From Escherichia coli (lineage in GTDB: Bacteria > Pseudomonadota > Gammaproteobacteria > Enterobacterales > Enterobacteriaceae): DNA of 64,000 nt. How positions within the stretch are numbered: the first letter of the stretch is position 1; each line of letters opens with the position of its first letter. This document shows, one piece after another, positions 9,221-18,902 of the stretch. Made by a program: the position numbers and the translations under genes. The notes under the pieces are model-generated. The model made no database searches, had not been told where the DNA came from, and worked only from the letters and a program-made list of their open reading frames with translations. The stretch lies in NCBI GenBank assembly GCA_002099625.1, contig GCA_002099625.1_4857.1. One strand, written 5' to 3'.

Positions 9221-9412
9221 TCATGTCCGTTCCCCTATATCTCGCCACTCACAACGCGTGTCAAAAAGACGTTCTTTAAGAGCAGAGGCTAAATACACAA
9301 CCGCAGCGATAACCACCACGGTTGCACAAAAGGAGAGGTACAGCACCATCACAACAAACTGAAGGAACTGAAAACCCCACCAAGCCCATAAGCGCCAACC
9401 TTTATGATGCAT
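9221..9412 (-). CDS. small membrane protein (63 aa)
   Basis: ATG start overlapping 3' end of upstream ATPase gene; hydrophobic core FVVMVLYLSFCATVVVIAAVVYLA. Confidence 0.45.
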   Translation of the reverse strand: MHHKGWRLWAWWGFQFLQFVVMVLYLSFCATVVVIAAVVYLASALKERLFDTRCEWRDIGERT

Positions 9413-11912
9413 ATTTGATTATTACCCCTTCGTTATACACCGGTGGAAGCGTCACACCTTCTGGTTCTACGACACAGTAGGTGGCTTCGTTAAGTTTAGA
9501 ATGAACTTCCGCTTCATGCGAAACGACCAGCAATTGAGAAAACTCTCCCGACAACGCCAACGATTTAATGAAGTTAACTAATCGGTTTTTGTGTTCTTCA
9601 TCCATGCCTTCAGATGGTTCATCCAATAACAAAGGATAGTTTTGTAAACCAAGTGCTTTATACGCCGTTAAACGAAACATCATGTTGAAAATAATGCGCT
9701 GTGCTTTTGAACCTTTCTTCACATCCGGCACCAGTTCTTCATGGTCTTTTAATCGCACTGGGAATGTATAATCCAAATCCCCGTCGGTTAAATCGCATGG
9801 AATAACCTGCATCGGATATGCCCACACCATCTCAATATACCGATTCATTAAATCCATGATGCGTGTAATCGCAGAATAGAAGTAACGTCTCAGTAAACCT
9901 TTTTCAGGAGAGACCGCGTTAATAATCAATCTGGCGTGGTGATGCTCTTTAAGCAATTCAGCTTGCTCTTTCTCCAGTTCCGCTAAGCGGGCAATAGCGC
10001 CTTCCATTTGTCGAAAACGTTCGCGCGCCGAGGTGTATGCATCTAACTTCGCTTCACGCCGGTTTAATAACTCGCGGACCACGACATTATTAACGGAAAT
10101 GTTCATTTCCGATATTAGATGCTCGTAACCTTTTTGGAAGCGTTCAATTGCATCCTTGGTTTGTTGCAACTGAGCAGTCTCACGTTCCAACTCACTGGCT
10201 TGTTTACGGTATTCTATTAACCGCCGATTAGCCCCATCCAGCTGTGACCGTACGTGTTCGATTTTCTGACTTAATGCGCCGTCGACGTTACCGACCGCAG
10301 CAACCGCTTCCTGCCACTCTCTTTCTGCTGTTGCAAGTTTTGCCGACTGACGTAGGTACATCATAGCCGATTCCATTTCTTCGGTAAAGGCACGTGCAAT
10401 AGCACCATAACGATCACGTGACGTAGTGAAGATATCCAACTCTTGCAGTTTGCGGAAGAACAAACCCACAACAGGATGATTGGAGTAAGACATGACGATT
10501 TCTCGAATCGTTCGTAAACTGCGAACGTCTTCTTCAATCTCTTTGCGGTCACGCAGAAGACTTTCCATTCCGACTTTCAGCTGTTTCTTCCAACCCTCGT
10601 TATCGTTGATCGCATTCTCAATTTCAGGTAGCGACTTGCGAATACCTGGACGGAATCGGTGGTTACATTGGGGGCAATCGACTTCTGCGGTTTCTAAGAA
10701 GTGCTGACGGTCGTGGTACAAACCGTGTAACACATTCTCGCAGCGCTGCAGTTTTTCAGATAGGTCTGCGGAGGTTAAATCCATACCCTGTAAACGTTTC
10801 TCTAACGCGCCCAGACGCTCTGTTGTCTTTAATTGGTCCAGATGCATAGACAACGGCAAGTTCCAGTTACAGGCGTCGTTTAGTGTGCTCTGAATGCTAT
10901 CCACGTCGATGCGGGTACCTTCAAACAGTTCAGGGAACAACCAATTTTGCTGGAATGTCGAAAGTTCCTGTTTTAAGCTGTCGATGGTTTGCTTTAGGCC
11001 GGCGTGATTACGCATCAGGTACGATTGTCGCGATTCCTCGTCCAGTAGCTGGGACAACTCTTTGTTGTACATACTGCATTCGGTCTCGGCTGAAGCTGCT
11101 TGTTCGCGCCATGCCACTACACGACTTTGAAACTCGTTAATCAGCTCGTCGGAAGGCAGTACACCGTACCGTTCCATGATAAGCTTTACAGCTGGCTGTA
11201 ATGACACAATACGTTTTCGGATACTATCAACCGAAACGGCGTTGTCTAGGCCAGGTCTCGCTTCAATTGTGCGGTTTAATTCCTGAAGCTCAGCATCGAG
11301 TTCTTTCAAACGAACTTCTAAACGTGCACGATCTTCTTCATCATCAACGACGCGCATTTTTGCTTCGCCGATTTTTCGTCCGGTGTGTTCGATGGCCCCG
11401 CTTAAACTGGAAGCGAGTTTACGCAAACGTCGATAGCAGCCAACGACATACGTTAAATCCGATTCTGACATTAACGTAAACCATTTGCGACGAACTTCGG
11501 TAGTGGCGTCAGTTAATAAGGTCTCGCCATTAATTAACTCTTTGATTTCTTTGGTGATTCCGGTTAACTGTTCCACCATGGAGTTGTAAACTTTGGCGTT
11601 TACCGAGTCCACAATAGGGACGCCTTTGGTGATATTGAAAATACTACAAGACAAAGAAGACCCACGTCGCAGGACTTCAAACTTAAGACGGTCGTCCCCG
11701 ACTAACGCGTAGTTAGTGTAAGAACCACCTTCACGGAATTCAGATTTTGCTGGAGCTAAGGGGAGAAAAACAGACAGGAGGCTTGTTTTACCGCAACCAT
11801 TGCCACCGAGGATGATGGTAACGGTTGACTTAAGGGTGAAATCAAACGTTTCGATTTCGTGTAACCCCATACCGGTAAATCCTTTCAAAATGATACGTTC
11901 GACCTTGAGCAT
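9402..11912 (-). CDS. Rad50/SbcC-like ABC ATPase with coiled coil and zinc hook
   Basis: N-terminal Walker A GGNGCGKTS; C-terminal signature/Walker B LLLDEPSEGMD and H-loop VVSHE; long heptad-rich middle; central CPQC (C-x-x-C) hook-like motif. Confidence 0.8.
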   Translation of the reverse strand: MLKVERIILKGFTGMGLHEIETFDFTLKSTVTIILGGNGCGKTSLLSVFLPLAPAKSEFREGGSYTNYALVGDDRLKFEVLRRGSSLSCSIFNITKGVPIVDSVNAKVYNSMVEQLTGITKEIKELINGETLLTDATTEVRRKWFTLMSESDLTYVVGCYRRLRKLASSLSGAIEHTGRKIGEAKMRVVDDEEDRARLEVRLKELDAELQELNRTIEARPGLDNAVSVDSIRKRIVSLQPAVKLIMERYGVLPSDELINEFQSRVVAWREQAASAETECSMYNKELSQLLDEESRQSYLMRNHAGLKQTIDSLKQELSTFQQNWLFPELFEGTRIDVDSIQSTLNDACNWNLPLSMHLDQLKTTERLGALEKRLQGMDLTSADLSEKLQRCENVLHGLYHDRQHFLETAEVDCPQCNHRFRPGIRKSLPEIENAINDNEGWKKQLKVGMESLLRDRKEIEEDVRSLRTIREIVMSYSNHPVVGLFFRKLQELDIFTTSRDRYGAIARAFTEEMESAMMYLRQSAKLATAEREWQEAVAAVGNVDGALSQKIEHVRSQLDGANRRLIEYRKQASELERETAQLQQTKDAIERFQKGYEHLISEMNISVNNVVVRELLNRREAKLDAYTSARERFRQMEGAIARLAELEKEQAELLKEHHHARLIINAVSPEKGLLRRYFYSAITRIMDLMNRYIEMVWAYPMQVIPCDLTDGDLDYTFPVRLKDHEELVPDVKKGSKAQRIIFNMMFRLTAYKALGLQNYPLLLDEPSEGMDEEHKNRLVNFIKSLALSGEFSQLLVVSHEAEVHSKLNEATYCVVEPEGVTLPPVYNEGVIIKYAS

Positions 11913-11964
11913 GTTTGCCTTCTAATGAGAAAGTATTAGTCGTTCATATCCAAAAGGCCATGCG

Positions 11965-11997
11965 TAAAAAAGAAGAAATGGAACCCCGAAGGGTTCC
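11965..11997 (-). terminator. rho-independent terminator (approx coords)
   Basis: Stem GGAACCC/GGGTTCC, loop CGAA, T-rich tail on minus strand. Confidence 0.5.
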
Positions 11998-12008
11998 AGA
12001 GAGGAGAG

Positions 12009-12635
12009 TTACTGCGGAATAAACTTACGGTGTCCGAGCGATTCCCAAAAACTGTCGGTGCGCTCTTTGGTTAATTCATACCACGCACGCCCGGCATCAG
12101 AATCGACAACCTTTAACGTTTCAGTAAGCAGGAATTTGAACAGTTCAGCGCTACGACCAGGTGCTACACCGTCGAGATATATCGGAATTAAATAACCGGT
12201 TTTGATTTCTTCGTACGGTTGCGATTGGTGCTGACCAACAACCCAGGCATCAGCAGCGCTACCGACCAAAGTGGTGTTTACAGTTAACTCATCAGAAATC
12301 CAGTTAACTGTATCAGCCATTATTGAATCGCCATTGACGTAGAAGAAAACTAAACGTTTAGGTTGTTCCACCGAACCAGCCAAATCTAATGCAGTAGTTC
12401 CGGTGAAGATCGTATTATTGGGATTACGTTCTGCAATAGGTAGAGCAAACCATGCTTCGAGCTGTTCCCAGCTACGTGGTAATGCTTCTTTAAACCACTT
12501 TACTAGCCGCGGGTATTCCAGAAACCCTTCGACTTCTTCTTCCATCAGATTGATACGCAGTTTGGTATCCTGACGATTCGCTTTCTGACACGTCACCATG
12601 TCGTCAATGAAACGAATCAGGGTAATCTCGTTCAT
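12009..12635 (-). CDS. hypothetical protein (208 aa)
   Basis: Long ORF between two terminators. Confidence 0.65.
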   Translation of the reverse strand: MNEITLIRFIDDMVTCQKANRQDTKLRINLMEEEVEGFLEYPRLVKWFKEALPRSWEQLEAWFALPIAERNPNNTIFTGTTALDLAGSVEQPKRLVFFYVNGDSIMADTVNWISDELTVNTTLVGSAADAWVVGQHQSQPYEEIKTGYLIPIYLDGVAPGRSAELFKFLLTETLKVVDSDAGRAWYELTKERTDSFWESLGHRKFIPQ

Positions 12636-12651
12636 GTTTAATCCTTCTTCA

Positions 12652-12681
12652 ACAAAAAAAGAAGGTAGCCTACGGGCTACC
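12652..12681 (-). terminator. rho-independent terminator (approx coords)
   Basis: Stem GGTAGCC/GGCTACC, loop TACG, followed on minus strand by T7 run. Confidence 0.55.
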
Positions 12682-12689
12682 TCTCGTAT

Positions 12690-13190
12690 TTACAGCCCCA
12701 TATGCATAAGGGAAATGATTGGGACCTTACGGCCACGAATCATTGCATACGGTTCGTACATTTGTGCGTTAGTTTCGAATAACTCACAGGCCGGAATGCG
12801 GTCACCGGTAGAGAGTTGTAAGACTTCAATTTGGTCGCCCCAGAAGTTATTCACTAATACATGGTCGACCGTGTTGTCTTCACGACCTTCTGGGGTGTTG
12901 CAATAAGTGGCTGCAGCGTACCAGCCCTTACGGTATGCTTCATAACCCGCATGAAGCATCCGGTAGTACGGGCGAAGTTGTGGGGCATTCAGAGTAGCAT
13001 CTAGCCACTCGCTGTGAATGGTGTTAATTAATACGGTTGCTTCTGCTGGCCAGTCGGTGCGGTTTAGGGTTAACTCGCCTAACAGCTTTAATTTCCAGCC
13101 AGTGGAAAGAATAGCACGGGTACGTTCGGGATTGACGTTCATCTGAGTAAAGAAAGAAGAACGGGTATCGTCGAGAATGTTCATGTTCAT
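12690..13190 (-). CDS. hypothetical protein (start placed at Met23 of track ORF 12690..13256)
   Basis: Track ORF first codon is non-ATG without RBS; Met23 (MNMNILDD...) has AAGGA RBS 8 nt upstream. Confidence 0.5.
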   Translation of the reverse strand: MNMNILDDTRSSFFTQMNVNPERTRAILSTGWKLKLLGELTLNRTDWPAEATVLINTIHSEWLDATLNAPQLRPYYRMLHAGYEAYRKGWYAAATYCNTPEGREDNTVDHVLVNNFWGDQIEVLQLSTGDRIPACELFETNAQMYEPYAMIRGRKVPIISLMHMGL

Positions 13191-13319
13191 TTGCTTAATC
13201 CTTACGAGTAATAGTCGATTAAAAAGGACCCTGCGGCTAAGTGTTGGGGATATCACCGCAGGGCCAAAGTGAGATGGGTCGTCATCTCACGTTATAACAT
13301 CAGTCTGAAAACTTTTCGG

Positions 13320-13703
13320 TTACTGGTCGAGCGCTACTGAACCACGCACCACCCCTTGCTGTTCAATAACCAGGAGGCGTTGTTTGGTTTTCGTATTGTA
13401 AGCGAGCGACGCGCGAAGCGTCGGGTCGCACGTTATTGTCTCTACTGGCACAATCTCTTGTGCCTTTGAGTTCAACAGAAAGTAGTAACCTGCCGGACAA
13501 GTTTCCTCGCCCTTTGCGTGGACTAGGATGTACTCGTCGTGCCGGCTGACTTCTTCACATCTACCATCGTCACCAGTACAGACTTCGAACGAAGGCGGAT
13601 TGTACTGATACGGTGTGCCTGGTAGTAAATCTTCTACGCTGGTTGTAGCTGAAGCAGAAGCGGTAAAGAACACCGCCACGATAATACCCATAAATCCACG
13701 CAT
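13320..13703 (-). CDS. small secreted protein (signal peptide, Cys-containing)
   Basis: N-terminus MRGFMGIIVAVFFTASASA; AAGGAA RBS; several Cys in mature part. Confidence 0.6.
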   Translation of the reverse strand: MRGFMGIIVAVFFTASASATTSVEDLLPGTPYQYNPPSFEVCTGDDGRCEEVSRHDEYILVHAKGEETCPAGYYFLLNSKAQEIVPVETITCDPTLRASLAYNTKTKQRLLVIEQQGVVRGSVALDQ

Positions 13704-13716
13704 GTTGTTTCCTTAC

Positions 13717-14127
13717 TTAAAAGTCGAGTTTATTGATACCTACGTTTTTCTTAATCGTAGGGTCGTACATGATAACCGTCAGGGCATTATCACCTGGGTC
13801 GCGAGTAAACTCAGCAACGGCTTCACCACTGCAGGCTTGGTTATCATTGTAGTTCATGGATTCGGCTTGCCCGGTTGCCATGTTAATAACCCCGTATTCA
13901 GGGTCGCCACATGCGACACCGCCCATCGTTTTCACTAACAGGTAACGGTTGTTATCGGACATCGCAACGATCTGGCAGCTACCGCCTTGTACGTCAGAGT
14001 TCTGGCACCAGAACGGCCCGCCGTATTCGTGATCGTTAACAACTTTTGGTAACTCGATACTTCCAGCGCGAGCGAAGAAACTAATGGCCAGAGTAGCAAG
14101 TAAAACTGGTAATAAAAAATGTTTCAT
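13717..14127 (-). CDS. small secreted protein (signal peptide, Cys-containing)
   Basis: N-terminus MKHFLLPVLLATLAISFFARA; GAGGTG RBS. Confidence 0.6.
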   Translation of the reverse strand: MKHFLLPVLLATLAISFFARAGSIELPKVVNDHEYGGPFWCQNSDVQGGSCQIVAMSDNNRYLLVKTMGGVACGDPEYGVINMATGQAESMNYNDNQACSGEAVAEFTRDPGDNALTVIMYDPTIKKNVGINKLDF

Positions 14128-14149
14128 AATAGCACCTCAATTTTTTGAG

Positions 14150-14641
14150 TTATTCTGAATAGTCGATTGTTTTGATGGTTTCCATACCGTAGTACATAGC
14201 GATGGAGGCCAGAGTTTTGGTATCCGGTCGCTGTACAAAACCGGCCCTGAAATCTTTGCTGCAAATTTTCTCCACTGATAGTTCATCACGATTAGGGATA
14301 AGCCATAACGCGTCACCATTGTGACGGTCGACTGCACCCCACCAACCACCTGGGCAATCTTTATCGCCAGGACGGTGTACGATAGCGACACGACCGTTGA
14401 AGGATATGTCAACTACACGACACTGTTTCTTAAGCAGCTTACGCGCATTGCACCAGAACGGCTTATCATTAAGATTGATGGTGCGGGTATATGCTGGAAT
14501 GCTGCCGTTAATACTGCCCTGGAACCCGCTGAATTCGTCAGCGTGTGCCTTAGAAATCCGTAGCCCAACAACAACTGCCATCAACAGCACAGTAAAAAGC
14601 ACCACTTTGGCCAAGTGGCGATTAACGTTATTGCATTTCAT
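14150..14641 (-). CDS. small secreted protein (signal peptide; start at Met16 of track ORF)
   Basis: Met16 MKCNNVNRHLAKVVLFTVLLMAVVVGLRISKAHA is signal-like with GGAGA RBS. Confidence 0.6.
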   Translation of the reverse strand: MKCNNVNRHLAKVVLFTVLLMAVVVGLRISKAHADEFSGFQGSINGSIPAYTRTINLNDKPFWCNARKLLKKQCRVVDISFNGRVAIVHRPGDKDCPGGWWGAVDRHNGDALWLIPNRDELSVEKICSKDFRAGFVQRPDTKTLASIAMYYGMETIKTIDYSE

Positions 14642-15029
14642 TTTTAATATCTCCACGATTAAGGGTGATGCGACCGACGAGCACATCGTTGTGATAAAAG
14701 CTCACAGCAACCATATTCGGTAATTCCAGTGGTGACACACTGACCGAGGTGACTTTTGGTTGATTGCACGATATGTCAATCAACCGCTGATACATTTTCA
14801 ATTTCTTATCAGCGATAACCAGCCCTGTGCAGTTCTTACCGTCCGTCAGTCTGTAGATTTGTAACTGTTCGACCTCACGCATCAGTTCTGGTTTTTCATT
14901 CGGCGCAATGCCATAATCCGAATCAGCTGATGTGTATTCAGTCACGTCTGGCTTATCGAAAGCATAAGTTGCTGCAATACCACATGCGGCCAGAACTACT
15001 ACTGCTTGTAAGAACTTCTTGATAGTCAT
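14628..15029 (-). CDS. small secreted protein / putative lipoprotein
   Basis: N-terminus MTIKKFLQAVVVLAACG with lipobox-like LAAC. Confidence 0.6.
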   Translation of the reverse strand: MTIKKFLQAVVVLAACGIAATYAFDKPDVTEYTSADSDYGIAPNEKPELMREVEQLQIYRLTDGKNCTGLVIADKKLKMYQRLIDISCNQPKVTSVSVSPLELPNMVAVSFYHNDVLVGRITLNRGDIKNEMQ

Positions 15030-15051
15030 GTTTTACTCTATAGTCGATTGG

Positions 15052-15083
15052 TTTAAAAAAGAATAGGCTACCCGAGGGTAGCC
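15052..15083 (-). terminator. rho-independent terminator (approx coords)
   Basis: Stem GGCTACC/GGTAGCC, loop CGAG, T-run on minus strand. Confidence 0.55.
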
Positions 15084-15134
15084 AGTTGAGTTAATCTCTT
15101 AACTCTCACCTAGGTAATATATATCTGAGATATT

Positions 15135-15722
15135 TTACAATGTGAAGGTTGTGTTAAGAATACGAAAACCCAATGCTCGCTTAGCGATTTGCATATTTGC
15201 AGGCGTGAAGTCCACCAGTTTGATTTGAACGATCGATAAATCGTAAAGCTTGTGAAGCACTTCGATTTTGTGTCGCCAATCTGTTTTTTGGTGCAGCTCT
15301 ATCGTCGTCGGTAACTCACCCAGTCTCGGCAACTGCGCCCCAAGTAAACGATGATGGACTTTACCGTTTATAGTTGGGGTGCCTTCCGTGACCATCAGTC
15401 GCGCATCGATGTAGTTATTTCGCTTAGCGTACTCCATAAAAGTTTTGACATTTATCTTTTCCTCGTATAGAATGCTGCGAAAGTATTCGTAAATGATGTG
15501 TCCTGCCTCCCTACCGCTTTCCGAGTCTGGAATAACCTTATCGATGAAAATCGCAGAGACCACTTCGCTCCCACGCGAATGCATTGTAATGACCCTATCC
15601 CCGTGCTCTGCGGCAGTTAATAATCCACTCACATCAAGCCCCACCGGAAACAAGCCACGACTACGCATTACGTGCAGGTCTTCTAACTTGTTCTCTTGCA
15701 GTCGTAAAATACGTTCTGTCAT
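15135..15722 (-). CDS. hypothetical protein (195 aa from Met4)
   Basis: GAGGTG RBS 6 nt before internal ATG; track start is GTG. Confidence 0.6.
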   Translation of the reverse strand: MTERILRLQENKLEDLHVMRSRGLFPVGLDVSGLLTAAEHGDRVITMHSRGSEVVSAIFIDKVIPDSESGREAGHIIYEYFRSILYEEKINVKTFMEYAKRNNYIDARLMVTEGTPTINGKVHHRLLGAQLPRLGELPTTIELHQKTDWRHKIEVLHKLYDLSIVQIKLVDFTPANMQIAKRALGFRILNTTFTL

Positions 15723-15754
15723 ATACCACACCTCAAATTAATTTGAGTTAAGTG

Positions 15755-15796
15755 TAAAAAATAAGAGGACTCCAGTAACCGCGAGGGTTACTGGAG
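15755..15796 (-). terminator. rho-independent terminator (approx coords)
   Basis: 11-bp stem CTCCAGTAACC/GGTTACTGGAG with GCGA loop and T-rich tail on minus strand. Confidence 0.6.
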
Positions 15797-15801
15797 ATAA
15801 A

Positions 15802-16329
15802 CTACACACTCAACGTTTCAATGAATTTGATGCGCGCTGGGTGAAATGTGTGATAAACAGTTACTGGCGCGTGCGGGCCTTCGGCTGCGTGTATTGCGCC
15901 ATCGTATCCGCTCAGCAACAGATGGTCATATATCGCACTACAGTTATACGCCACCGATGCCCATAGTGGTAACTTGTCAAACTCTTTAGGGTGTTGGTGG
16001 TAAACCTCCATCAAACCCTTTTCAGGATGACGCTCTTGGATACGCTCCCACTCATTTGTTTCAATGAGCAAGTTCCCTTTCTTCTGTGCAACTGTCTGGT
16101 ATTGATGCGGGGAAAGAATCTCGCGGAAATTACCGATATCGACGAACGGGTCAGTAGGATCGTTGATAAACGGATTGGTGATTTCCAAAGAAACGTGGTT
16201 GATTAGCCAGCTGGGATTCGCTTTAACAATTTCAGCAGGGACATCGATGTCTTTATAGACAACTTGAGAACGTGAAAGGTTAGCCTCAACAAACGGCTTA
16301 TCAGTAACAATATAACCTTCGAGTTTCAT
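15802..16329 (-). CDS. hypothetical protein (175 aa)
   Basis: AAAGGAG RBS; ATG overlaps stop of upstream gene (TAATG). Confidence 0.65.
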   Translation of the reverse strand: MKLEGYIVTDKPFVEANLSRSQVVYKDIDVPAEIVKANPSWLINHVSLEITNPFINDPTDPFVDIGNFREILSPHQYQTVAQKKGNLLIETNEWERIQERHPEKGLMEVYHQHPKEFDKLPLWASVAYNCSAIYDHLLLSGYDGAIHAAEGPHAPVTVYHTFHPARIKFIETLSV

Positions 16330-16892
16330 TATAAGGCTCCTTTAAAGTGATATGTTAAGCTTTCTACGAGATGGCAGGTTTGGCTTTCAAAGAAGTGTAA
16401 AATGGGCTCAATGGGCACACCGCCGAGATTATAGACTATTACGTCCTGCTTTAATCCGGCCTCGACTTCGCTAAGAAACGATTCGGTTGCGAGTTCACTC
16501 TCTGACGAGGAAAGGGTAATCGTTGTTTCCCCGTCGCCGCTGCTACCAGAGACATCCTGTAAACGCAAAACGGTCGGTACAGTTTTACTGATACGAATAT
16601 CTGGCGGGAGTGTAACCTCCAGTAGCGGTGTACGGACTTTACGCGCAAGATAGTTGGTGAATAGATTGGGATCAAGCTCACTGACGCCACAGCAAATGCA
16701 GTTCAGTAAGGTCGACAAGCTTGTCGTTTTGCGTTCAAATATCCCCTTGATCTGTTTGGCTTTATCGCTATAAAGGAACACCAACAGCTGGTCGGGGTTA
16801 TCCGGTAAATCACTTTCAACCCCTTCCCACTCCGGATCGTTGCGGATGTGCTCTTGCCAGATATCGTTTCGAATTTCTAGTAAACGGAACAT
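16329..16892 (-). CDS. hypothetical protein (187 aa)
   Basis: AAGGTG RBS; translationally coupled to neighbours. Confidence 0.65.
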   Translation of the reverse strand: MFRLLEIRNDIWQEHIRNDPEWEGVESDLPDNPDQLLVFLYSDKAKQIKGIFERKTTSLSTLLNCICCGVSELDPNLFTNYLARKVRTPLLEVTLPPDIRISKTVPTVLRLQDVSGSSGDGETTITLSSSESELATESFLSEVEAGLKQDVIVYNLGGVPIEPILHFFESQTCHLVESLTYHFKGAL

Positions 16893-16901
16893 ACGCTCAC
16901 C

Positions 16902-17483
16902 TTACGCAATGTAAATACCACGGTGGTTACGGAAACCGTGTTCTTCGGTAAGGTAACGCGCATAGGTGTGCTCAACGGATGGGGTGTAGCAAACCAGATG
17001 CAGTTCCTGACCTTCAGCTAGGCCCGGTAACATGACGTTTAGCCAATCCATCCCGCCGTTCTGCTGTAACGTATCTTGCGACAGCGTTAGTGGCTGAACA
17101 ATATGCGCTGGGTTACTGTCGTCTTCGCTTTTCGTAAAACGAAGAATAGCCGGACGGGAACCATCTACTAGTACCGTGCGTGGTAAGTCAAAAGCAACCA
17201 CCTTCGCTTTCTGTTCGTAGGATGATTTATAACGACGTAACAGTCCAATATCGGTATCTAGTACGGTAGCCATCACGTTATACAGCATCACTAGACGGTC
17301 GTCGTTATCGGTGGTGACGTGTTTTACGAACACCAACATCGGAACACCTTCGCGTTGGAATACCACGAAGTCTGCTTCTTTGTATTTCTCGCAACCTTCT
17401 ACTACCCGTGGGGCTTTCACGCGATAGCGGCGGGTCAGTTCTTCGTAGTTCATTTCATGTTGTTCAATAATTGGTTGTGGCAT
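16902..17483 (-). CDS. hypothetical protein (193 aa)
   Basis: ORF in coupled operon. Confidence 0.65.
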   Translation of the reverse strand: MPQPIIEQHEMNYEELTRRYRVKAPRVVEGCEKYKEADFVVFQREGVPMLVFVKHVTTDNDDRLVMLYNVMATVLDTDIGLLRRYKSSYEQKAKVVAFDLPRTVLVDGSRPAILRFTKSEDDSNPAHIVQPLTLSQDTLQQNGGMDWLNVMLPGLAEGQELHLVCYTPSVEHTYARYLTEEHGFRNHRGIYIA

Positions 17484-17504
17484 GGTTAAATACTCTTTAC
17501 GGTT

Positions 17505-17533
17505 AAAAAATAAGAAGGGGGTACAAGACCCCC
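17505..17533 (-). terminator. possible terminator hairpin (approx coords)
   Basis: GGGGG/CCCCC stem with 7-nt loop, T-rich tail on minus strand. Confidence 0.4.
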
Positions 17534-17543
17534 GATGACGAGA

Positions 17544-18782
17544 TTACAGTAAACGCAAATCAGCGACAAACAATAGTTGACGGCCGTACTTAGTCACTTC
17601 TTTCCAGCCATTGTTAACACCCCATTTGATGATGGCATCGTAATGCCACTGTTTCAGTTCGTTGGTACCCCACGCATCCCGTACCGCCTTCGCCGACATC
17701 AAATAAGCAGGTTCGGCAACGGAGCGCATTTCAGAATCTGGCAGGCGAGAAACAACGGAACTGTTCACACGTTGCAGTGTACCGGACACTTGCACCCAGA
17801 ATGCGGGCGATACCATATTTGTCGGTCGACAGTCAAATACCCAGGCCGTGTCATTTTCACTGGCCGGGGTCTTACGCTTATAGATGCTTAACAGTATTTC
17901 CGATTGGATAACTTCGCGGAAAACGTTAAGAAGGGTGACGACCTTCTCATTAACCACCTCACCCTTTTCGACCTTATAGTAATCTTTAAGGTTTCCGGGC
18001 TCTGTTATCGGCATTACTGACCAAACATCGGCGTCTAACATCTCACCGAAATAATGGTTAGCGTTTTCATCAGATGTCCAGAACATCGTATTGCCATCAT
18101 TGGCTATGGTGACTAGATCACGCAGTGCTTCCTTGGTGTCTTCGTCAATTTCCACAGGTTTGGCTGCTTCTCGCGGTGCGTTTTTCGTGTAGAATCTGCG
18201 CTTGCTTACCGCTCTATTCCATACGGTAGTAATTTGGTACGCAGTGAATTCGGGGAACTGCTGCACTAACACTTCCGCATCAACATCGAGTCGCTCTGAA
18301 TTAAAGTTTTGTAATTTCTCATTAAACCCTGTATTCAGCTCTCCGCCAGTCCACCAGTTGCTATCGCTTAGTGCAGGCATGTCAGGTGTTAACTCGAACA
18401 CCGGTTTACCGGTCAGCAGAGTAAGAATGTAGTGCACCCACATTGTGTTACCCTCAGCAATGGCGCGTCCGATGTTTTGATTACCCGATAGGTAAGCTAC
18501 CCGCGAATCCCCTTCGAATGTCATGGTTAACTCAACCCACGGCGCTAAGTCAGAGACGTGGTGGCCTAAACGGCACTTTACTTCCCCTTTGTCAAGCAGC
18601 CTCTTTTCGACAACGGTTGAGAGCTTTTGTGGCAGGTACGCACAATCCTGCCACGTTACGTCGCTGTAAGCCATACTCCGAACACTGAACTGCATTCCCA
18701 ACAGTACAATTGAGTTAGTAATTACTGCATTAAAGAATGCTTCTTTCGGTGTCTGGTAAACTAATTCGTATTCGTTATACAT
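17544..18782 (-). CDS. hypothetical protein (412 aa)
   Basis: Long ORF with AAAGGA RBS. Confidence 0.7.
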   Translation of the reverse strand: MYNEYELVYQTPKEAFFNAVITNSIVLLGMQFSVRSMAYSDVTWQDCAYLPQKLSTVVEKRLLDKGEVKCRLGHHVSDLAPWVELTMTFEGDSRVAYLSGNQNIGRAIAEGNTMWVHYILTLLTGKPVFELTPDMPALSDSNWWTGGELNTGFNEKLQNFNSERLDVDAEVLVQQFPEFTAYQITTVWNRAVSKRRFYTKNAPREAAKPVEIDEDTKEALRDLVTIANDGNTMFWTSDENANHYFGEMLDADVWSVMPITEPGNLKDYYKVEKGEVVNEKVVTLLNVFREVIQSEILLSIYKRKTPASENDTAWVFDCRPTNMVSPAFWVQVSGTLQRVNSSVVSRLPDSEMRSVAEPAYLMSAKAVRDAWGTNELKQWHYDAIIKWGVNNGWKEVTKYGRQLLFVADLRLL

Positions 18783-18849
18783 TTGGTATTTCCTTTAAAG
18801 TACACTAAAGTGACCAAAAACTGTTACTAAAGAACAGTTGGTGTTTAAG

Positions 18850-18890
18850 CGACTGTGGGTTTATACACAATGCTCACTAAGATGACATCT
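18850..18890 (-). promoter_or_regulatory. candidate sigma70-like promoter (approx coords)
   Basis: Minus-strand ATGTCA -17 nt- TATAAA in the ~120-bp gap upstream of the 412-aa gene. Confidence 0.2.
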
Positions 18891-18902
18891 ATCTGTAAAA
18901 AC

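Noticed and set aside
9402-11912. Tape-measure protein interpretation of the 836-aa coiled-coil protein
   Set aside because: Presence of Walker A, signature/Walker B, H-loop and a central CxxC hook fits Rad50/SbcC, not a tape measure.
12009-12635. GDSL/SGNH hydrolase call based on a GDSI tetrapeptide
   Set aside because: Motif lies mid-protein rather than near the N-terminus and the other SGNH blocks are not convincing.
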